From the IMG/VR virus record IMGVR_UViG_3300018080_000099, positions 192,001 through 256,000 of that record: a stretch of 64,000 bases of DNA; one strand, given 5' to 3'. A program made the translations under genes and the position numbers. Below are positions 29,790 through 39,463 of this stretch, piece after piece (the stretch's first letter is position 1; each line of letters starts with the position of its first letter). The DNA is from a virus. The notes under the pieces are model-generated. The model was given only the letters and a program-made list of their open reading frames with translations. It made no database searches and was not told where the DNA came from.

Positions 29790-31424
29790 ATGGCTTACGA
29801 TACAGGACTATGGGGAAATCCAAGAGATGGAATAGGGTTCTTTAGCTTTGCTACAAGCTCAGTTTCCGTTGACTTTTCCGTAGAGCCTCAATTGAACTTT
29901 GTTGGAAACGACTTTACGTTTTCCGCAGACGTTACTTCAGCAGGCTTGCCGACAGATTGGCAGAGTACTTATACAGTTAACTTTGGAGATTCGACGGTTA
30001 CGGCAACAACAAACTTCTCTATTACGCGTGCATATATAGGACGCGGTACTTACAATACGACTCATACATACGAGATTACGGACGGAGCCGATACGAAGTT
30101 TTATGTCACATCTGCTATTACAGGAATTGAGGTAAATCCTCTTCCGGATGCGACTTTCATTGGAATTCCGAGAGCAAACAGCCCATTGACATTCTATGAT
30201 ACTAAGGGTGGATACTACATTACGAGTACAATTGTTAGTGCGGACTGGGACTTTGGAGATGGATTTACGTCAGCAACGACTGACACAACAGATACATTTG
30301 AACACACATATACTACCGAAGGAATTTATACTGTTTCAGTTTCAGCACATGATATAAACGGAAATGTTGGAGTAGATACATTATCAGTTGGTATTGTGGC
30401 TGGGTCGGTATCGGCTCTCAAACAGGATTACATTACACTTTGTGGTCCAGACATGCTTGGAAGATATGGTGTCAATCGTCAAATCAACTTGACTAAATTC
30501 CTACCACTGTATTTGAAGGGTGGAGAAACTGAAAGCTTTTTGGTACTGTTCGAAGAGTTCCTTAATACAATGTTTGATGGAAAGGACGGATGGGTGACTA
30601 GTGCTGACGAGCTTGATATAACCAAGAGTTGGGCTCCTAATACAGCAACATCGGCAGAGCCAGAAAGAACATTTACATATGACCTTTGTGGAACTGATAC
30701 GCCAACAGATGCTAACGCGGTGTCTGCACTGAGTTTGCACTATACACAGGATTCACTTTCCGCAAATCCGAAGATGAGCATTTTGGAGAAAGTTTACAGA
30801 ATTGCGGAACTACATGACCCAGACCTGATAGATATTGATTATATTCAGTACTTCGCTCAGAACTTGGGTTATCAGGTTAGTGTGTTCCGAGACGAGCTTG
30901 GGGTTAGTGGAACAGCGGCAACGTACGCTGTCTCGAATCCGGCTTGTGGTACAAATGAGATAAATAGGTATTTAAGGTTTGTTGTAAGAAACCTACCTAC
31001 ATGGTACAAGATTAAAACGACCCGAAACGCTGTTAAGGTAATGCTTTACTCATTTGGGCTCGTTGGTGACATTATAGAGTTCTATACGAACAATTACTTA
31101 CCGAGAGATGACGGTGGAAACTGGAGACTCGATTTTAATGAGGATTTGGCCGAGATACCTGATAAATGGTATCCGACACCACACTTCTCAATCCTTGTCA
31201 ATTTGGATGAAAGTGCTGACATTTCATTTGACGTAGCACGAAGGGATAAGGTGATTCGCGCAATTGAGTCTATCCGCCCAGTTAACAACGTGTTCCGAAG
31301 ATTGTCAGGATTTCTCCAAAGAACATACAACATCGAGATGGCGCTTTGGACAAGGATGACAAGATATAAGGAAATAAAATCAAACGGATACTCCAACAGC
31401 TGGTGGGATGGTTCACCACTGTAA
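29790..31424 (+). CDS. tail fibre-associated protein with PKD domains
   Basis: N-terminus GLWGNPRDGIGFF parallels the 27908 gene N-terminus GLWGEPREGPGAF. WDFGDGFTSATTD...YTVSVSAHD is a PKD signature. Confidence 0.5.
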   Translation: MAYDTGLWGNPRDGIGFFSFATSSVSVDFSVEPQLNFVGNDFTFSADVTSAGLPTDWQSTYTVNFGDSTVTATTNFSITRAYIGRGTYNTTHTYEITDGADTKFYVTSAITGIEVNPLPDATFIGIPRANSPLTFYDTKGGYYITSTIVSADWDFGDGFTSATTDTTDTFEHTYTTEGIYTVSVSAHDINGNVGVDTLSVGIVAGSVSALKQDYITLCGPDMLGRYGVNRQINLTKFLPLYLKGGETESFLVLFEEFLNTMFDGKDGWVTSADELDITKSWAPNTATSAEPERTFTYDLCGTDTPTDANAVSALSLHYTQDSLSANPKMSILEKVYRIAELHDPDLIDIDYIQYFAQNLGYQVSVFRDELGVSGTAATYAVSNPACGTNEINRYLRFVVRNLPTWYKIKTTRNAVKVMLYSFGLVGDIIEFYTNNYLPRDDGGNWRLDFNEDLAEIPDKWYPTPHFSILVNLDESADISFDVARRDKVIRAIESIRPVNNVFRRLSGFLQRTYNIEMALWTRMTRYKEIKSNGYSNSWWDGSPL

Positions 31425-31427
31425 AGA

Positions 31428-31435
31428 TATAAATA
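31428..31435 (+). promoter_or_regulatory. TATAAATA late-promoter motif
   Basis: Exact motif about 40 nt upstream of the 31473 start. Confidence 0.3.
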
Positions 31436-31472
31436 ATCAGGAGATACGATTTGTCAATAGAAGGAGTTTAAC

Positions 31473-34148
31473 ATGCCTAATGTTTTAATCACAACACAGG
31501 GACTTCAGTACGTTCTATCAGCACATGATAGTGGCGTGTATGTTGACCTCAGATATTTTGTCCCTGTATATGATGATAGGATAGACCCGAATGTAAGAGA
31601 TGATGCTGTTCTATCAGCATTCTCTCAGATTGCTGACAACACGGCAACCGAACCTTACGGGGAAAAGATATGGAATGTTTCAGGATACTCGTTGTCCGAT
31701 AACAACGATTACCTCATCTCAGCATCGGCACTTGTCGGTGGTTTGATGACGGACACCTATCAGAAAACACAGGTAGCCACGAACACATTTAGCGCCACTC
31801 CGCTCTCTAACCAAGTTAGCGGAACAGGTTATGGTGTTTCGGCCGGTTCCCAACTGGGTCTATATGACTGGACAGTTACCACACCGGCAGGGGTCGCCGG
31901 AGATAACTCTCGTCCAACGAGCACATCATCGGACTACTTCCTTACAAAAGATTACTACCCAGTATACGATTCTTCAGCGGCTAACAGACTGCGCGGTGCT
32001 TTCAAGATGGAGATGGCACAGAATGTTGGAAAGTTCAAGTTCAACAAACTAGCACTGTATGCCGTTCAGGTTGATAATGTTGGTACTGTTCTTGGGGAAG
32101 CTTTTTTTGGAGAAGCATATCTTTCCGAGCCTGTTGTTAAAACATCGCTTGCTGAAGATGGTTTCGATAATTTCATTTTTGACATACAAATTGACCTAAG
32201 TGGAACATCAGCAACATGGGATGAAGTATTTTTCTCGTCATCGGCTGATTACTGGAGCCACTCACCGGGCGGACTATATTATCCGGGTAAGATTGGCGTA
32301 GGACAGTTTGAGGACAATACTAAGGAACTTAGCGCAACGGCACACCTTAGAAAGCCGCGCGACATTAGTGGCAATGTCGACCAAACATCACATATTCTAA
32401 GAATGGATTATGACAACGACAAATTCTTTACTTTCGATGTCACTTCGGCAACTGCTGAAACTGGAGTTAGTGTGTATGACTTGGTTGTTGGAAACCAGCT
32501 GTTCTGTGGAGGCAATCAAGAATATTGTGGAAGTATAAGACCTGAGGCGGTCAATTCTATTGGACTTGGAACGTGGGATTATCCGTTCCACCACCTTGTT
32601 TTGAATGATTACTTCCACCTGAAAAGTGTACTTTCTGCTACATCAACAGGCCTGATTACAAACTCGAAGAGCATTGAAATTCAGGGAACTGCCAAGACAG
32701 GAAACTTTGTCAATGGTGATTTAGTAGCCAATGACGATTTCAGTGATTCAAGTGAGGGCTATCACATCAACAGTTTGCTTATCCGAACTAACCGTGGCGA
32801 TAACGATTATTGTGGTGACGTATTTATTGTTGCTGGTGCTAAGACAACTGGTTCATGGCCACATGGAGGTTCTATAACTCACAGAAAAATTCTTGAAGAG
32901 CTTCAAGTTAATGAGGACTTCGAAACAAACTTCTGGAATGATGACAAACTTTTCCTTGTAGCTAAGGGCGGAACAAAGCTATATGGTTCATTTGAAATGG
33001 AAAACAACCGTGATAACTTTACGGTTGATGGAAGAACATATTCTCATGTTACTTCACAGATTTTCTCAAAGTCTCAGGAAGTGATGCTGTTTAGCCGACT
33101 GAAACCAACGGTGACTTTGGATAATATTTCATACTGGTTCTCACAGTGGAGTTTGAGTTGGAACGGCACATATCGTAATGTTGGATTTTCTGAAATCGTA
33201 AACGAAGCTGCACGACTGTTCCTAATTTCTGACCAAATCAGAACATATGGAACAATTCTCCCTGCGATTGGATATGCCGCCAATGCCACATCCGAAGGGG
33301 CGGCAGAAATAGCTAATGGAGTGAGCGACATCGGAACAAACAATGAAAGATTTGCTACGGGATACTTTAACAGCCTTATAGCAGCCGTAGCTAATATCAC
33401 TAACATTACTGCATCTAGTGGTAATATTACAACACTTTTGAACAATGAAATAACTAGTACTGGTAATATAAATGTTGCTAGTAGTACCGTTTTGTTAAAT
33501 TCTGGCGGTGTTGCTTCTACAAACTACTATGCCAGTGAGGGATATTATAAGACGGATTCGAGAGCACCGGGACAGGCTATAAGATTTGGAAGGTGGATAA
33601 ATATACCTGTTTCATACTTGAGGGCAGTAGCTATTGGTAGTAACATGAACTCAGCCCCAATTATTACGAGATGTGGGGTAACTTTTGTGAACGAGAACCA
33701 GCTAATGTTCGATGTAGCAGTTACTTTGCGGGGAATTGGAAGCTATCCTAACCCAACTCTTCCTGAGTACGGGAGTACAGATAGTGCTGATTTTCCAAAA
33801 GCGGCTATTGGGTTCCCTCGTGGCAGTGATTCCGATTTGGCAATCAATATGCCTCTTGTTTACTGGGCCATCCGTGATATGGAAAACAATTTTGGATACA
33901 CCGTTAACACACCTTCCTATTATCCGGGCGTTGAGATAATAACTTTTGGAGGGGCTGGTGCGAGCGAATATCGAGAACCGTCTTGGATAAGAGTGCAAGG
34001 ACAACCGGGACCGACAGCTCTTGGTCCAGTTTTCAATAATTTCTATATTCAGTTTTTGGTTTTTGGTCCGGGAGCAAACGGATTCAACAATGCTCAAATA
34101 GTTTTCAGATGTCAGCCTATATTGACCATTAAGAGAGATAATTTCTAA
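31473..34148 (+). CDS. large tail fibre protein
   Basis: 891 aa. N-terminus MPNVLITTQGLQYVLSAHDSGVYVDLRYFVPVYDD is typical of myovirus fibre N-terminal domains. Last gene of the fibre cluster. Confidence 0.5.
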   Translation: MPNVLITTQGLQYVLSAHDSGVYVDLRYFVPVYDDRIDPNVRDDAVLSAFSQIADNTATEPYGEKIWNVSGYSLSDNNDYLISASALVGGLMTDTYQKTQVATNTFSATPLSNQVSGTGYGVSAGSQLGLYDWTVTTPAGVAGDNSRPTSTSSDYFLTKDYYPVYDSSAANRLRGAFKMEMAQNVGKFKFNKLALYAVQVDNVGTVLGEAFFGEAYLSEPVVKTSLAEDGFDNFIFDIQIDLSGTSATWDEVFFSSSADYWSHSPGGLYYPGKIGVGQFEDNTKELSATAHLRKPRDISGNVDQTSHILRMDYDNDKFFTFDVTSATAETGVSVYDLVVGNQLFCGGNQEYCGSIRPEAVNSIGLGTWDYPFHHLVLNDYFHLKSVLSATSTGLITNSKSIEIQGTAKTGNFVNGDLVANDDFSDSSEGYHINSLLIRTNRGDNDYCGDVFIVAGAKTTGSWPHGGSITHRKILEELQVNEDFETNFWNDDKLFLVAKGGTKLYGSFEMENNRDNFTVDGRTYSHVTSQIFSKSQEVMLFSRLKPTVTLDNISYWFSQWSLSWNGTYRNVGFSEIVNEAARLFLISDQIRTYGTILPAIGYAANATSEGAAEIANGVSDIGTNNERFATGYFNSLIAAVANITNITASSGNITTLLNNEITSTGNINVASSTVLLNSGGVASTNYYASEGYYKTDSRAPGQAIRFGRWINIPVSYLRAVAIGSNMNSAPIITRCGVTFVNENQLMFDVAVTLRGIGSYPNPTLPEYGSTDSADFPKAAIGFPRGSDSDLAINMPLVYWAIRDMENNFGYTVNTPSYYPGVEIITFGGAGASEYREPSWIRVQGQPGPTALGPVFNNFYIQFLVFGPGANGFNNAQIVFRCQPILTIKRDNF

Positions 34149-34165
34149 TTTGAAGGAGGTTTGAA

Positions 34166-34690
34166 ATGAAAATGAGTTTGTCAAGACAAGCAATTGTCGA
34201 AATTTTTTATGTGTTGAATGAACTGTTGAATGAGGAAAAGTCGAAGTTCAACAAAGGATTTACATTCGCTGTTACGAGAACAATGGATAGTATCAAACCA
34301 GAAGTTCGCGCTATCATCGAGGCTCGGGAGACTGGTGTTGATAAGTACAAAGAGTATGAAGAAAAGAAGATGGAGCTTGTTAGCAAGTATGCTTCGAAGG
34401 ACGAAAATGGAGAGCCAGTTTCTGAAAATAGTCAATGGACTTTTCCGAGTCCTGAAGTAAAGACAAAGGCTCAAGAAGAGTTAAATGCCATAAGGGGAGA
34501 CTACGAAGAAGCCATCCAAGAAAGAGCAAAAGAAATTGACTTGTACAACGAGTTAGCGGCTGAAGAAGTAGAGATAGAAATTTGTCAGACGTCCTTTGAG
34601 AGACTGCCAGATGACCTTCTCCCATATCAGTTTGAAGCTCTTAGACCTATGATAAAAGAAACTGATGAAGAAATTGAGGCACTGATATAA
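34166..34690 (+). CDS. hypothetical protein (possible fibre assembly factor)
   Basis: 174 aa. RBS aaggaggtttgaaATG is identical to the one at 2392. Confidence 0.35.
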   Translation: MKMSLSRQAIVEIFYVLNELLNEEKSKFNKGFTFAVTRTMDSIKPEVRAIIEARETGVDKYKEYEEKKMELVSKYASKDENGEPVSENSQWTFPSPEVKTKAQEELNAIRGDYEEAIQERAKEIDLYNELAAEEVEIEICQTSFERLPDDLLPYQFEALRPMIKETDEEIEALI

Positions 34691-35232
34691 TGGCCGAAAC
34701 AGCTTTTCCAAACCTATTTCATAATGATAAGTGGCAATGCAACTTCTCTAATTTGCCATCCTTAGAATCCAAAGCAGACATGCGAATCTATGATTTGTAT
34801 GTCAAGTCAGTAGTATTCCCAGACTACAACATGGCTGAAATCTATTCTGACATTAAAGGATTCCGTATTAGGCATCCTGTCGGTGGTGTTAATGCTAACA
34901 TCGACCTTTCTCAAATACAGGTTGAATTCAAACTATCAGAAGATATGAAGAACTACATTTATCTGTTTGAGTGGATGCGTTCACTTCGTTATGGACATGT
35001 GGAAGAGTTCAATGCTGAAGAAGAGTTTTTCAGAAAGTACAACATTAAGTCAATCGGTATAAATATATTGGACAACGAGAAGCGACCTATTGCCGTGTGG
35101 CGATTCACCAATGCTTTCTTGTTGACATTAAGCTCACTTTCGTTAGATACGGGTGTGAGTGAGGAGATTACGTTTACAGCGAACTTCTCCTATGAAGAAG
35201 TGAAATACGAGACCAAGAGTGTGTTTAGTTAG
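34690..35232 (+). CDS. hypothetical protein
   Basis: 180 aa ORF, ATG overlapping the upstream stop (TAATG). Confidence 0.35.
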   Translation: MAETAFPNLFHNDKWQCNFSNLPSLESKADMRIYDLYVKSVVFPDYNMAEIYSDIKGFRIRHPVGGVNANIDLSQIQVEFKLSEDMKNYIYLFEWMRSLRYGHVEEFNAEEEFFRKYNIKSIGINILDNEKRPIAVWRFTNAFLLTLSSLSLDTGVSEEITFTANFSYEEVKYETKSVFS

Positions 35233-35240
35233 GAGGATGT

Positions 35241-35624
35241 ATGGAGATTAAAGACTTACTTGAAGTGAAAGTTTTAGTAGATGACAAGGTTATAAAAGAG
35301 ACACTTAACCGAATTGGCATTGCCAATAAGAAAAAGAAAATACTCTATCCAAGTTGCTACTTAATTGAAGAAAATGGAAAGCATTATCTCGCGCACTTTA
35401 AGCAATTGTTCCTGTTGACAAGGGATAGCGCTTATAATGCAGTCTGTGAGGACGACATACTGAGAAGAAATGCAATCGCTTTCTGCCTGAAAAATTGGGG
35501 TTTAATTGAAGTAGAAGATGAAGTTATCGAGCCCCATAACAAATTTGTGTTCGTTTTGCCTCATACACAGAAGCAAGATTGGAAGATTTCGCATAAATTT
35601 AACTTCAGGACTATAAATAGTTAA
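35241..35624 (+). CDS. regA: translational repressor RegA
   Basis: ETLNRIGIANKKKKILYPSCYLIEENGKHYLAHFKQLF, RRNAIAFCLKNWGLIEVEDE and FVLPHTQKQDWKISHKFNF align along the full length with recalled T4 RegA. Confidence 0.85.
   Translation: MEIKDLLEVKVLVDDKVIKETLNRIGIANKKKKILYPSCYLIEENGKHYLAHFKQLFLLTRDSAYNAVCEDDILRRNAIAFCLKNWGLIEVEDEVIEPHNKFVFVLPHTQKQDWKISHKFNFRTINS
35612..35619 (+). promoter_or_regulatory. TATAAATA motif inside the 3' end of regA
   Basis: Exact motif about 25 nt upstream of the small acidic ORF at 35641. Confidence 0.25.
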
Positions 35625-35640
35625 GGGAGCTATAGTGGTT

Positions 35641-35799
35641 ATGGAATATAAAGACAACTACTTAACTAACGTAGACGACCCAGAAAGTGAAGAAGAGTTG
35701 AACTTGTTTAATGAAGAGGACGATGACGAACCTAAAGAATTGGACTTCTATGATGAATCCTTCGTGCCTCCGCCTGAATTTTTCCCTGAGGAAGAATAG
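35641..35799 (+). CDS. small acidic protein (52 aa)
   Basis: MEYKDNYLTN...EEDDDEP. RBS gggag. Below the ORF-track cutoff. Coordinates verified by manual translation. Confidence 0.3.
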   Translation: MEYKDNYLTNVDDPESEEELNLFNEEDDDEPKELDFYDESFVPPPEFFPEEE

Positions 35800-35828
35800 A
35801 CAAACTTTTAATATATAAGGAGAGAGAT

Positions 35829-37487
35829 ATGTTGGAATTTGCTAATTATCTTAAAGAGAGCTACAATGATGATGTCTCTAAGGCAGAGGAAATCATCAAG
35901 CAGAAGTGGGATAAGGTAGTTGCTATCATCAAGGAAGCATTTGATGACCAGTACGCTGACCGAAAGACCGCACTCCACAGAATTCAAAATGAATTCACAG
36001 ACCCAAAAATTGCCCCATCATCCATTGATGTCGATTTCTTGAAGGAGAATATCGACTATGTTATCAATAAGGTTAACTCCCTTGACGAGGGAGAAATCCG
36101 TATTGTTATCAACAACGATGTACAGAAGGGCGGCACTGCACCAAAGGTTCCTGCACTTTCCATTGCCGGTGACGGTATGGAAATGGAATGTAATGAGCCC
36201 GGTAAGAAAAAGAGAGGACGTCCTAAGAAGGTCGTTAAGGAAGCCGAGGAAGAGCCTGAAAAGACTGTTGCCATTACAGTAGATGATACTGTGGTTACGG
36301 TAGAACCTTCCGAAGAATCCGGCCTTGAGAAGAAGGAACACTCCTTTGAATCCGCATCACAAGCAAACAAATTCGCTGACTCTATGAAGGCATTCTTTCA
36401 GGAGCAGGGTTTTGAATTGACTGGTGATGAAGCAGAAGGTGGAGAGGAAGCAGAGGACGCCGCAGCTGAAGAAGAGCCAGCACCTGAGGAAGGTGGTGAG
36501 GAAGCTCCTGCTGAAGAAGAGCCTGCACCTGAGGAAGGTGGAGAGGAAGCCCCAGAGGGTGAAGAAGCCCCTGCCGAAGAAGAGCCTGCACCTGAAGGTG
36601 AAGAAGAAGAGTCTACTCCAGAAGAAAAGGAAGATTCCGAAGAGGAAGTTTCCATTAGCTGGGAAGATGTAGCAGACGTTGACTTGGAAGATGCCGAAGA
36701 AGAAGCTGAAGATGATGTTCCAATGGAGAACATGGACCTGAGCAAACTCGTTGGTAAGCTTGTAAAAGTTGAGAACAACTGGTTCAGCGTCAAGGAAGTA
36801 TCCGAGGACAATCAGCTTGTTTGTTTGAACAAGGAAGGAGAGGAATCTACTTTTGGAATTGATGACATTGCAGAAGCTGAATATGAAGCTGAAGAAGAAG
36901 GCGAGGACGTCGAAGAAGCCAAAGAAGAAGGCGAGGACGTCGAAGAAGCCTGTGCAGAAGAAGAAGCTGAGGACGTCGAAGAAGGCAAGGAAGAAGAAAA
37001 GGAAGATGTAGAAGAAGCCGCCGAAGAACCTGAGGACGTTGAAGAAGCCGCAGAAGAACCTGAGGATGTAGAAGAAGCTAAGGAAGAAGGCGAGGATGCT
37101 GAAGAAGAAGTGATTGAGTTCGAATCAGTCATGACAAAGTATGCTAACCTGTTCTTTGACACCGACCCTGACGATGAAGTCGTTGAGGAAGCAGATGACA
37201 AGGCTAACATCGGTGGACATTCCAACGCTTTGACTGGCAAGCCTTCGGCTCCACCTAAGAAGATGGAGAAAACCAATGCCGCTCCAAAGGCACCGAAGAA
37301 GCCGGGCCCAACAGGAAGCTACACTGCAAAGCCGGGTAAGCCACCTAAAAAGTCTGAAAAGGCTGGAACTGTTCCGAAGGCTCCGAAGAAGCCTGCCCCA
37401 ACGGGAAGCTTCACAAAGAACCCGAACAAGCCACCGAAAAAGACTGATGGCGTACCAGCTCCGGTGATTCCGTCTGAATACAAATAA
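35829..37487 (+). CDS. large acidic repeat protein with an N-terminal AT-hook and a basic PK-rich C-terminus, MxFxEYL-like N-terminus
   Basis: 552 aa, begins MLEFANYLKESYN. KKRGRPKK AT-hook. Long E-rich arrays (EEPAPEEGGEEAP and EEAKEEGEDVEEA units). C-terminus with repeated PKAPKKPGPTGS(Y/F)T. Confidence 0.55.
   Translation: MLEFANYLKESYNDDVSKAEEIIKQKWDKVVAIIKEAFDDQYADRKTALHRIQNEFTDPKIAPSSIDVDFLKENIDYVINKVNSLDEGEIRIVINNDVQKGGTAPKVPALSIAGDGMEMECNEPGKKKRGRPKKVVKEAEEEPEKTVAITVDDTVVTVEPSEESGLEKKEHSFESASQANKFADSMKAFFQEQGFELTGDEAEGGEEAEDAAAEEEPAPEEGGEEAPAEEEPAPEEGGEEAPEGEEAPAEEEPAPEGEEEESTPEEKEDSEEEVSISWEDVADVDLEDAEEEAEDDVPMENMDLSKLVGKLVKVENNWFSVKEVSEDNQLVCLNKEGEESTFGIDDIAEAEYEAEEEGEDVEEAKEEGEDVEEACAEEEAEDVEEGKEEEKEDVEEAAEEPEDVEEAAEEPEDVEEAKEEGEDAEEEVIEFESVMTKYANLFFDTDPDDEVVEEADDKANIGGHSNALTGKPSAPPKKMEKTNAAPKAPKKPGPTGSYTAKPGKPPKKSEKAGTVPKAPKKPAPTGSFTKNPNKPPKKTDGVPAPVIPSEYK
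36470..37450 (+). repeat. three distinct in-frame tandem repeat arrays inside the acidic protein gene
   Basis: About 45-nt units at 36470-36612, about 39-nt units at 36886-37107 and about 63-nt units at 37240-37450. Confidence 0.7.
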
Positions 37488-37518
37488 GGTTGAAAAATCA
37501 TAAACGCTTGATGTGAAA

Positions 37519-37550
37519 AGCCAGCTAGAAATAGCTGGCTTTGATTTTTT
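37519..37550 (+). terminator. rho-independent terminator
   Basis: aagccagcta-gaaa-tagctggctt 10-bp stem followed by TGATTTTTT. Confidence 0.65.
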
Positions 37551-37608
37551 CTGGGGAAGATGTTATCTTAGTATTGTAAATCCTAAGAACCTGTAAGAAA
37601 GGAACCTT

Positions 37609-38262
37609 ATGCCGCTCGTAGATTACACTCTCAAAGGAAACATTCCAGTCAAGCGTTATGTCATTGACGAGGACGTAAAACCAACAGCCGTAGTCTTTGG
37701 TAAATTTAGTCCATGGACCGGGCCTAATGGTCATGGTAAACTCGTGGACTATGCCAAAGAAAACTTTGATGAAGTAGTAATAGTCTCCCCAACTAGAAAA
37801 GCCAAAGACAAAAAGGTTGACATCTTCACTGACGAACAGAAGGAGAAGATAATCAACAAGGCAAACCCCGATATAAAATTCCATCGTATACCAAGTGATA
37901 TTCCAATTAGGATGTTCACCGAGGTTCTTGGACTAGGTTATGAGAGACCCGTGCTGATTGTAGGAGAGGACAGAGGAAAATCCTTTTCAAGATTCTTCAT
38001 ACATTACGATGAAAACAATAAAGCTATAACAGACCAAGATAACAAAGAACTTTTCGGCAAGGGAGAATATCTTGTAGTACCGAGAGGGGATGAAGATACC
38101 TCAGCCACCAAAGTCCGCGAGGCTCTTGAAGCAGATGACAAGGAAACCTTCATCGAACTTACAGGTTATGATGAAGCAATGTGGAAGCTAATGAAAAGCT
38201 TCCTAAAGAAAAACCTTGGAATCAAAGAGAGTTTTTGTTATTTTTATTCTGAAGGAGAATGA
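37609..38262 (+). CDS. nucleotidyltransferase-superfamily protein (NMN/NaMN adenylyltransferase-like)
   Basis: VVFGKFSPWTGPNGHGKL resembles the G-x-F-x-P-x-(H/T)-x-G-H motif of the cytidylyltransferase/NMNAT superfamily. Confidence 0.4.
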   Translation: MPLVDYTLKGNIPVKRYVIDEDVKPTAVVFGKFSPWTGPNGHGKLVDYAKENFDEVVIVSPTRKAKDKKVDIFTDEQKEKIINKANPDIKFHRIPSDIPIRMFTEVLGLGYERPVLIVGEDRGKSFSRFFIHYDENNKAITDQDNKELFGKGEYLVVPRGDEDTSATKVREALEADDKETFIELTGYDEAMWKLMKSFLKKNLGIKESFCYFYSEGE

Positions 38263-38263
38263 T

Positions 38264-39463
38264 ATGGCATCGTTTGACAAGTTCTATTTTGATAAGCTTT
38301 CACTCTTTGAAGGAGGTAATGTTAAAGTGGGTGGAAATCTTGAATCAGCACAGAAGATACCGTTGGGTGAACTCTCCAGTGGACAATTCGAACAGTTCAA
38401 AGCTGAACTGGCAAACACACTCAAGGCATTCAACAAAGAATTCGAGAAGCAAACAGGAGAAGCTCTGTGGCCGAATTTGGATGCTTTGATTGAGAACGGC
38501 AAGCTGTTCTCAGGCTCTACAAGACTTCTGTTCACCAAACCATTGAAGGAACTCCAACAGCACAAGAAAACTGTGGGCGACATTGACTTGCAGTATCCGG
38601 ATGACAAGAGGGATGCTCTCAAAGAATTCCTGTCCAACGTAGAGGACCAACAGTTCGGTGATATGACGTTCTTTGGCATGGGCGGTAGGAGTCCAATCCA
38701 ATTCAACACCATATTCAAAACCACATCCCTCCCCGATGATATTACCAACATACAAGTAGACTTTGAACCCACATTCTGGGAGAACGGTGAGCCTACCGAA
38801 TTCTCCACATATGCTCATTACAGCTCATGGGAAGATGTCAAATCCAAAGTCAAGGGAGCATTCTCTAAGCTTCTGACAAGAGCCTTGGTGAGTAACAAGC
38901 AAAAACTTGGTGACATTGCCGTGGTGACTCCAACCGGAAAGATTTCCAAATCCGCCAAGTACGACAATCCCGGTATGCGTGGCTTCTCAGTTGACAAAGG
39001 CATGAGAGTCAAGTACGAACCTGTCACAGATGAAAAGGGCAATCAGAAAACTACCGAAGATGGAAAGCCAATGTACCGTGAGCTTCCAACGAAGGATTCC
39101 AATTACGAAAGAGACTTGGCTGATATTTTCGGATTCCTTTTTGACAAGACTCCGACTGAAGATGAAAAGCACCAGATGCATTCGTACATCGGCATCCTCA
39201 AAATCATGAAGAAGCATATGGATGAAGATACGGCAAAGTCCGTGTTTGATGACTTCATGAAGATAATCTGGGGTGACGCAGCTCAGGAAATTGAGCAGGG
39301 AGAATTTCAGAACGGTATAAATAATAATGACTTCGAAGTCAAGAAAGCCGCCTACGACCAGTTCATCATGGCATTCCCTAAGCTACAGATGTCGGATGAA
39401 GAGTTGAAGGCATACGTCACACCGTTCTACGACAAGCTCGCCAAGAGGAAGATGGCTAAATGA
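38264..39463 (+). CDS. hypothetical protein with a possible Pol-beta-type NTase motif, MxFxEYL-like N-terminus
   Basis: Start at the in-frame ATG 38264 (MASFDKFYFDKL), RBS aggagaa. FSGSTR...VGDIDLQY is loosely like hG[GS]...DhDh. Confidence 0.4.
   Translation: MASFDKFYFDKLSLFEGGNVKVGGNLESAQKIPLGELSSGQFEQFKAELANTLKAFNKEFEKQTGEALWPNLDALIENGKLFSGSTRLLFTKPLKELQQHKKTVGDIDLQYPDDKRDALKEFLSNVEDQQFGDMTFFGMGGRSPIQFNTIFKTTSLPDDITNIQVDFEPTFWENGEPTEFSTYAHYSSWEDVKSKVKGAFSKLLTRALVSNKQKLGDIAVVTPTGKISKSAKYDNPGMRGFSVDKGMRVKYEPVTDEKGNQKTTEDGKPMYRELPTKDSNYERDLADIFGFLFDKTPTEDEKHQMHSYIGILKIMKKHMDEDTAKSVFDDFMKIIWGDAAQEIEQGEFQNGINNNDFEVKKAAYDQFIMAFPKLQMSDEELKAYVTPFYDKLAKRKMAK

Noticed and set aside
2392-34169. Identical 19-nt translation initiation region aaggaggtttgaaATGaaa before genes 2407 and 34166
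   Set aside because: Probably a strong consensus Shine-Dalgarno context reused by two late genes rather than a mobile or regulatory repeat. The similarity does not extend beyond 19 nt.
37551-37608. Possible sigma70-like early or MotA-dependent middle promoter upstream of the accessory region
   Set aside because: No convincing -35/-10 pair or MotA box could be identified by eye. It is left unannotated.
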